Positions 1-10,000 of a stretch of 64,000 nucleotides of DNA are shown in pieces (the first letter of the stretch is position 1; each line of letters starts with the position of its first letter). Source of the DNA: Nanobdellota archaeon (GTDB taxonomy: Archaea > EX4484-52 > LFW-46); the NCBI GenBank assembly GCA_018897155.1, contig JAHILE010000048.1:1385-65384 (forward strand), in the 5' to 3' direction. The notes beneath the pieces were generated by a model that was not told the origin of the DNA, did not search any database, and saw nothing but the letters and a program-made list of their open reading frames with translations. The position numbers were made by a program, and so were the translations under genes.

Positions 1-1
1 A

Positions 2-3000
2 TTCAACCCAGGATGCACCCCGAAATATTCTATAGGGATACATGGCTGGAAGGGCGGGGTAACTGACGATTCCTGCTATGTAAACACAAACAGCTCAATA
101 TACAGCCTTAACATAACCACAGCCCCGCTAATTGCTGCAATAGAGCAGCCAAACGATGCAATGTTTAGAAGAGATATAGATAACATTACTTTGCGCGGCA
201 ATGTAACCGACGACTGCGGCCTTGTAAACGGCTCGACAACAAGCCTTTCGGCGTATAACGGCCAGAGCTACCAGAACTGTACTGCAGGAATGATAAATGA
301 CGAGGGCGCCGGCTGGTACAACTGCACGCTTACCCCGGTTTCTCCAGAATGGAGTGTCGGGCAATACGGCAAATACAATACAAGCATGTATGCCTCAAAG
401 CAGTATTACAACATATCAAATATCACAACAATGTCGCCGTCTTTCAACCTGACAGACCCTCCTGAAATAAAGGATATGACCTGGACATCAAGCAACCCGG
501 TAACAAGCGGATGGGGAACAAGGCACACATTCACTGTGAAAGTAAAGGACGATGAAGCAGGATATGATACAGACACGGTTTATTTATGGAAATGGCATAC
601 TTCAACAGGGTGGGCGCTTATAAATTCAACCACTGTAATAAACAACCCGCTGTTTACAACAGTTTCATTTGAACAAAGATTCACGTGCGCAGATATCGGG
701 ACAAATTATTACAAATTCAATGTCTCGGACAGATGGGGAAATACTAATGAAACGCAAAATGCAAGCTTTACAATAGGAAAAGATGCCGTATTTGTCCAAT
801 TAATACCTGCAAGCAATGTTGACCGAGAAGGCCCTGCAACAACAAACCTGAAAGTGCGCGTCAGAGACACTGACAACGACTCGGTTGCATTCAACTGGAT
901 ACCTGAAGGATATAGCGGCAAAATGTTTGTAACTACAAACGGCTCCGGAAGCAATGTATGGACTGTAGCAAACGGATCTATGTATACGGATTCCGGAAGC
1001 TATTTGAGTTTTGATTTCAATCCCGAATGCGCTCCGCTATATAAAGTCGGGGCCCAGGACTGGCGCGGAGGAATGGACAACGACACCTGTTTTGTAGACA
1101 CCAACTCATCATCCGGCACGTTCACCATAACCGGCCAGCTTAAAGAAGGCATTGATTTACCGCCTTACGGCTCCGTATACGCAGTAGGCACAAACGTGAC
1201 AATACGGACAAATTCAACAACAGACTGCAGCGAATTGGTGAATGACTCTGCAATCAGCATACAATTAAGCAGCCCGCTGTCCGTATGGGAAAACTGCTCG
1301 GCAACAATAAACAATGAAGGAAACGGATATTATAACTGCTCATGGAACACGGAATTCCACTATGGAGGCTACTATAATGTGCAGATGAATTCGAGCAGAA
1401 CTAATTATTATTTCAATACAACTACGTGGAATAGCCAATTCTATATGAACAACACGCCTCCAAATGTAGAAAACTTTTCAGTTTCCCCCGAATCCGAAGG
1501 CTGGGGGAGTGTATATACATACCGCGCAGAAATATATGACGCGCAAAAAGACAACATAACTTGCGCGTTATATGTAAACACATCAGAATCAACCGGGTGG
1601 GTGCTGAAAAATAGCACAACAATAGAAACTCAGCCAGCCCAAGGGCGTGCAAACTGCACGCTTTCAGTTTCAAACTTTGCTTGCGGCGAAATGGGAACAG
1701 ACAATAGCTACAAATTCCAGATATATGACGGAACAAACCTGCTGAACACAAGCGTAATCTCTGGCCCGAACCTGACAGAAGATTCTGTTTCGATATCTTA
1801 TTTCTACGGAAACAATTCTGTTGTGAATAGGTCCGGAACCGAAACAACGCGCTTCATTGTGAGCGCCCTAGATACTGATAGAGGAAGCATCCCGGTACTG
1901 ACTGGATCAAACATAAAATTCTGGGTAACTAAAAACGGTGCCGTATATGATGCGGGAACTGATATTGCGACCAATTCTTCGGGATATGCAAATTATGATT
2001 TCGACCCGACATGCAGCCCGACAAAATATGATGTGGGTCCGGAATATTGGGCTGCCGGCATTATTGACGGATGCTATGTTGCAACAAACCTGTCACAGAA
2101 TCTCACTACAACCGTAATTGGAAGCCTGATAAACACTATACAAATCCCGGATATCGGAACAGAATTCCTGCGAGGAGAAAACATCACGATAAAAAGCAAC
2201 TCTGTAGCTACTATACAAAGCGATTGCGTGCCCGAAGGCCTTGACGGCGTAAATAATGAAATAATTTTCCATAATGAAAACGGAATCAACAACTATTCCT
2301 GCGTAACCGGTCCCGGTACGGAAGGGTATTATGAATGCACAAGAAACACAACAGACATGAAAGCGAGATGGTACAACACAACAATGCGCTCATGGATGCA
2401 ATACTACCACAATGGAACGTCACTAAATGCAAGCCATTTCTTTGTCAAAACATTGCCTGTTCTAACAAACGAAACAGCAATCACAAATCCGGGCGGCTGG
2501 GGCGAAACATTCTATTTTAAAGTAAACCTTACTGATGAGGACCTTGATAATGTTACTGTAAACTTATATGCAAGAGATACTGCAGGCGGCTCATGGGGTG
2601 GGGCAAAAAACTCAACAATTATATCGGCCCCGATAAATCAAACTGTTGTAATTTACTGGAACACCGTGCCTTATTGCGCCATAGGAACGTGGGAATATTA
2701 TTTTGATGCAACAGACACGCACAACCCGTTAGATATAGTATCTACAACACCAAAGAATTTCACAATAGAACAAGACGATGTACAAATAGCTCTTGTGAGC
2801 GGCGACAATTCGTTCGCGTGGAGAAACGGCACATATAATACAACATTTACGCTCAATATAACCGACACTGACAGAAAAAACATAACAATAGGCGATAGCT
2901 CTTCGCGCTTCTGGGTGACTGTCAATGCAAGCAACCCAGGCTCTTTTGATGCCGGAAAAGACACAATGAGCTCCGGCGGATTAATAACATATTATTTCAT

Positions 3001-4090
3001 GCAGCAGCTGCCGGATGGCGGGCAAAAATGCGACTATTCTGTCGGAATTCAAAAATGGAAAGGCGGCACATTCAATGACGTCTGCTACAAAGATGCAAAT
3101 TCAACCGCGTATTCCGTAATTATAAACTCAAGCCTAATGCCGAACATAACAAACCTGCATGACCAGGGATATTTAAGAGGGGACAAGATTCCAATAAATG
3201 TATCTGTAATTGATGATTGCCAGACAGTCGAAAATGCAACAGTTATAAACAGCTTAGTAAATCCGCCAAACACATACTACTGCAGCAAACAAGATAACTG
3301 GGCATGGAACGAAAGCAACGGAACGTATATATGCATATGGGATTCGACAAACAAGCCGTATAAATGGTACAATGTCACGGCAACAGTTTCAAAGAATTAT
3401 TATGTGCAAAGCTCAACACCGGGCACAGACAGGTTCTTCTTAGGCACAACGCCGAAGCTGGATTTCCCTTCAGTAAACCCGACATTCGGCGGATGGGGTG
3501 AGAACCATCAATTCAGCGTGAGGCTGACAAGCCTTGACCTTGCAACAAACAATGTATCCCTCTGGAAAAGCCTTGACAACATTTCATGGAACGTTGTCAA
3601 CTGGCAGTTAGTAAATACACCGGTAAACCAGTGGGTCTACTTCAACGAAAGATTTACTTGCAATGACTACTTGACGCCGCCTTCGGGACGTAATTATTAC
3701 CAGATAAAATCCGCAAGCGTGTTCGGATTCAGCAACGAAACGCCAATACTTAATTTCACTCTCGACTATGACAATATAACCATACCAACATTAGGGGGGA
3801 ACGACAGTGTAAGGAGGCTTGGCACAACAACGGCATTCCTCCAAGCAAGAATCTATGACAGCGATTATGGAGTTTATCAAAATAATACTGCAGGAAATAT
3901 TTGGATAACGTCGGACGGAAATAATTTCAGCTCAAACCAGACGTGCACAACATCAAACGGATATTGCAATATAAATTACGATCCACAATGCGATATATCC
4001 ACAGGAGTGCAAAAATGGAAGCTGGCAGTTGAGGATGCATGCTATCAAAAAGTAAACTCCACAAATGCAACGCTGACTGTCATGGGCCAG
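2..4090 (+). repeat. Protein-level tandem super-repeat (~330 aa / ~990 nt, 4 copies plus a partial one) inside giant gene 1
   Basis: The Trp codons of the GWG motif lie at 512, 1502, 2498 and 3494 (spacing 990-996 nt). Each unit is a GWG..F.V..D Ig-like domain, a domain ending in C-x(16-19)-C (D..C..KY.VG..W.GG..D.CY, seen 5 times including the window edge), and a Cys-containing YNC.W domain. The DNA itself has diverged. Confidence 0.7.
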
Positions 4091-7000
4091 CTATATAGCA
4101 ACCACGTAAATCCGACAACAAATGCAATCATCAACAGAAACACCACAACGCCTTTGAATACCACAGTAATTAATGACTGCAACGGCGCAATTACCGGCGC
4201 CACAATATATTGGTACAATAGCACTCCAAAGCAGATTGCAATAGGATATAATACAACATGGAAGGTTCCTGTAACTTATGCAAAAGGACCTGAAACAATA
4301 ACAACAAACGCAACGCAACAGTACTATGACAACGGAACAAACTCAACACAAGTCTATATATATGGATGGAGTAAGATAAACTACACCAGCCTCTCAAACA
4401 GCTCAAGCTATCTTGCAGGTGAGTATGTTGAATCATATTGCATGGTAATAGATGCCAACACAACTGCATATCTTCAAAATTACAACGTAAGCTATTACAA
4501 AAACGGAAGTTTGCAGACCTCTGCAATGACAAATGAAAACGGAACTGCATTATGGAATTGGTCCACAGCATCTGAAAACTTCGGATGGTATAATATAACG
4601 TGTATAATTTCAAATGATAACGCCCAATACTATACGCCGTCAATTCCGCAAATTGAAAGCAATGTGAGAATAAACAGATCCACGGTTCTTAAGTCCCTAT
4701 CGCTTTCCAACTCATCAATATTCAGGAATGATTCCTATAACCCGTACAAAACAAACATATCAGTAACTATCTATGACGCAGTTATAGGGCCTGCAGACGG
4801 GGCAAACGTCACATTCTATAATTCAACCGAACTTATCGGCAATTGCACGACTAATCCGAGTGGCAACTGCTTCATAACATATAATGCGCCAGACAATTCA
4901 ACTCCGGGAATTTACATAATATATATAAACTCAACCAAGACAGGACTTGAGCCATCCATAACAAATCAGACCAACATCACTGTGACAGGAGTACTATTCA
5001 TAAACATAACACAGCCAGCAAACGATTCGTCGTGGGGTAAATCGACGACGCTCAATGTAACGTCCGATATATGGAATGAAAACGGCTATATTGATAACGC
5101 AACTGTAAATTGGTATATTGATACAAACTATGTTGCAAGCGGACAAAACGCGTCGTTTTCGCTATCGTCGCAAACGCCAGGAAGCAGAAAATTGACCGCG
5201 AATGCAACGAAATCATATTACCAACAGGCAGCGTCAAATATATCCCTAAGAATAAACGGTCTTGCTGACGTAAACTGGTGGTACCCGCCGGACAGCTCTC
5301 TGCAGCCATATCCGGTTCCATTTGAAATACAGTGCCGCGTAACAGACAACACGTCAGCAAGTGTCATTCAGGGATATGATGTCAATTTCTGGTACTGGAA
5401 CGGCTCAAGTTATATCTTCAACGGAACATATGCAACAGATAATTTCGGCATTGCAGGCACTACATGGTATCCGGATTCAAAAGGAAGCATAACCTTCATG
5501 TGCAACATAACTGAGAATACAACAATGTATTATTCGCCGAATATTAAAAGTGCAACTGCAACAATAATGGTGCAGGATACAAACCCGCCGTCAATAACGA
5601 ATACAAGCATACTGCCAAACCAGAGCATTGAAGCAAATCTCAACTCAACAGCAATAACTGCAAATGTTACTGACGATTTAAATGTTTCTTCAGTCATCGC
5701 AAGAATAGTTTTACCCAACAGCAGCGTAATAAACCGAACAATGGCAAATATATCACAAAACATATACACAGTCCAATACCTGCCGCCCATAGGAGGAAAT
5801 TATTCAGTGACAATAATGGCGTGGGATTCGCCGCCCGAAAGCAACTTAAATGCAACGTATGCGGGAAACTTTACTGTATGGGGAAAAATAAACATGACTT
5901 CTGTTCAAACCGATGAAGCAGTAATAAACGGCATAACGCAATCAAACGGGGCACAATTTGTAATTGAAGCCAATGCAACTAATCTCGGGCCTGCAAACGC
6001 GTATAATGTAACACTGACCATGTCTGATTCCCCGCCGGGCGTCTTATCCTACAACACCACGCAATACTCTTGCGGAAACCTCAGCACAGGCCAGAATTGC
6101 TCGCGCGCGTTCCTTGTAACTGTACCCCCGGCAACGCCGCCACAAATAATATATTCAAAAGTCACAACATCCTGGCGCAATCCGGATCTGACGCTTGAAA
6201 ATGTCGAAAATATAACAGACGTAATAATCTCGGCAAATCCAATAATTGATATATATGAGCCATCTCTCATAAACAACACTCCGCATGGAATGACAACCAA
6301 AGCAGGAACATTAACAATAATATCTGCAGGAAACTGGCCTGTTGACAACATAGCCATAAACACCGTGGGCGGAAATCTTGCAACATCATGCCCGGGATGC
6401 AACATCACAATAAGCCAGCCCCTATGGGGAACTCTTCCGGCAGGAAGCAATTTCACAACAGACATAACTGTTGTAGTGCCGTTTGGGCAGCCGCCCGGCA
6501 ACTACTGGACATCCGTGCTTGCATCATCAGATGCCGGCGTTGATTGGATAATCATGAACCTTACGGTTCCGCTCAACACTTCATGGACCAGAAATCCGGC
6601 GACATTCGGAACAATACTCGCACTGGTAAATTCAAGCGATTCAGTAGGCAATATAGTTGCAACGCATATAGGCAACCAAAAGATAGATTTCAAGCTATAT
6701 GAATCACAAAACGGAAGCGCGCTTGTTTCATTTGCTCCGCTGGCATTCACATTAAATGTCCTTTCATCAGTCAATATTTCGCTGAATTACACAATTCCGA
6801 TAAGCCAGACACCGGGCATGTATTACTATCAGCTTCTGATAAGAAACACATCGGCAAATCCGCCGGAATACATAACAGACATGTGGCTGAATGTAACCGA
6901 CACACCGCCGACAATATCAAATGTCATCATTAATCCGATGGGCTATGAGGCGGGCACAGAATACACAAACATAACCGCAAGAATAACAGACAATGTGGCT

Positions 7001-10000
7001 GTGGCGTCAGCATGGATAAACGCGACAAAGCCGAACGGAACAGAATTCATAAAATACTTTGATACAAACGGCCCCGAAGTTTTCACAAACTACAGCGAAA
7101 ATGAAACAGGAATACACAGAATCAGAATATGCGCAAGCGATGTTATGGGGCTTGAAGGATGCACGCAGGAGTATAATGTCAGCGTGATGATGAACACTAC
7201 GCTTTTGGCAGAAACAAACATAACGAATTCATCAATAGGCGGGGTTCTTCTTGCGTCCGGAGTAAATGTTTCGTTCAATTTCAGCATAAGAAATATCGGC
7301 TATTCACGGGCACTGAACGCAAACACCACAATAAGCGTTCCTGAAAACTGGAGCGTAACGGACAGCTTTTTCACTGCCGGAAACATCATAAAAGACAATG
7401 CATATAGCAATACGACAATGCTTCAGATTGCACCCGACTCCATGGGCACATATTACATAAACTTCACATCAAACTGGACAAACTTCGATAATACAACCGA
7501 TTGGAGCCTAACACAAATAAAGATAATTGTGACTTCAAATCCCGCACTGGATGTTATTGATGATCCGCTTACGATGTATGTTGAAAGCGGAAGTTCCGGC
7601 AATTACACATTTGTTTTGAATTCAACCGGAAACGACATTGCACAAAACATACAAATAAACTGCACGGGTGGTATTGCATGCACTGCATTCAACATGTCAC
7701 TCAACCCACAGTACATAGCATCTCTTGTAAAGGGAAATGCTTCAAACATCACCATCAATGCATCTATTCCAGTAGGATATATTCCCGGAGTATATAACGG
7801 CGTGTTAAATGTGTCTTCCGACACATCAAGTATAAAAGCAAACATCTCAGTAATTGTTCCTGCAAACCTTACGTGGAGGCATTCTCCGACATCAATAAAA
7901 ATGGAAGTCGCGGCAGGCACTAACGGAACATTCGGAATTGTGACGGTCTCAAACATAGGCAATCTTCCGGTTGTCTTGCAATCGCTGTCAACCAATACAA
8001 CACTATTCACAGTAAATGCCAGCACAATAAACCTGCCGGTTGGAACTTATTCGACAGTGGCTGTAAACTACACTGCCCCGCTGGTAAGTGCAATTGAAAA
8101 TTATATCGCTTATTTCAGGACAGTCAATTCAACCGCAGTTCCGCAGAACCAGTCGACACTCCTAAATATCACTGTGCAGCCAATATATTTGTATATTGTA
8201 TCGCCAACTACCGCTTCTCCAAAAATAAATGTATCAAGCGGAAACACTGTAGAAACCACAATAAACCTCACCTATTCATTGCAGCCTTTGTATGAAAATG
8301 TGACCTGGGAGATCAATCTTACAAACGAAGGCTCGCTTGTAACCGTGAACACAACATACGCCAACTACTCAAACACAACAAAGCTCTGGACAATAAACTT
8401 TACAGCACCGGCAATAATGGAAGGCGCTGCACACACGCTTATTGCAAAGGCATTCTACTCCACAAAGAACATATCGGTTGAAGGCATTCAGAAAGATGCT
8501 ATTGTGTATGTGGACTCTGCAGCGCCTCTAATATCTCTTTCGGCGCCCACTGCAGCAAACCGCAACTCAATAGTGCCGATATATGTAAACATTACTGATT
8601 CCGGCGGCGTGAGAAACGCATTGCTTGAAATAACAGATCCAAGCAGCCTATTGCAGAGTGTTAATGCAACATTGATGGGTTCTTCCGGAAACTTGTATAG
8701 ATTCAATTATAATTATAGCAATACATCACTCCTTGGAACATATAGAATTGTTGCAAAGGGCTATGACCTTTCAGGAAATATGAACACCACAAATACGACA
8801 TTCGACATATATAATCCGGCTTACATAAGCGGATACCTGCTTGACATAGAAAGCCCGAACAGCACGGCACCAATTCCGGGCAATTTCAGGATGTATAAAA
8901 ATGATACTGGCACGCTTTTGCACAGCTTTGCAACTAACAACATAACAGGATATTACTATCAAAGCGCATTTGTACGAATGTATGATGTTCTTTTAGACGC
9001 CCTAAATGTCAGCATGAAATTCAAGAACTTTAATATGCCGTCAGAAGGAATTACCGATCCCGTATCGCTTGGAAACATACCTTTGTCGCTCATTGGTTCG
9101 GGGCCGCTTAAGGCGGTTTATGTAACAAGCAAAATGAATGCGCAATATATGAATATAACATTCGACTATTCGCCATACATCGGAGTAAGCGCAAATGATG
9201 TGCAGGTTTATTATTGCGGCAACTGGACAAACCAGATTGGATGCACTGGAACGTGGTTCAGGCAAAACAGCTCTGTTGATACGCTCACAAGAACAGTAAT
9301 GCTAAATACTCAGGCATCTGCAGGAGCATATGCCCTATCGCAGTTTATCTGCGGAAACAAAATGTGCGAATCAATTTACGGAGAATCGAATGCAAACTGC
9401 CCGAAAGACTGCCCGATTCCTGAAGGCCAGGAAATACCGCCCATAATAGGCGGCGGAAGCACTAGCGGAGGCGGTGGAGGAGGAGGAGGAGGAGGAGGCA
9501 CTAGCGGAGGCGGCGGAAGCAGCGGCGGAGGCTCTGCAGGAGTTCCTGTCGCAACAATTAAACCGGATAACAGAACAACCACTGACAACGTGCCAATTGA
9601 AATAAAGTCAACCCTGCTTTACATAACGCTTGCTCCTGGAGAGCGGGAAATCCATTCAATAGAAATAAAGAACAACCTAAACGAAATAATAAATTCAAAA
9701 TTAACTGTTGAAGGGCTTGTCTGGGAACTGATAAAAATTGAAAAAACTGATTTCGATTTAGGCCCAAAATCAACCGAAAACGTAAAGATAGAAGCATATG
9801 CGCTTCCATCAACACGGCCCGGAATATATACCGGAGATATTGTTGCAGTAACAGGAAATATGACATACAGGACGCCGATTACAATAAAGATTGAACTAAA
9901 GGAAGAGCCGCTGCTTGACGTAATACTAAAAATGCTTTCAGACATTGTAAGGCCCGGAGACGATGCACAATTCCTTGTAACTATCAAAAACATGGGAGAA

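Noticed and set aside
9376-9588. Minus-strand ORF encoding a poly-Pro stretch (PPPLLPPPPLVPPPPPPPPPPPLVLPPP)
   Set aside because: It is simply the antisense reading of the GGN microsatellite that encodes the Gly hinge of giant gene 1.
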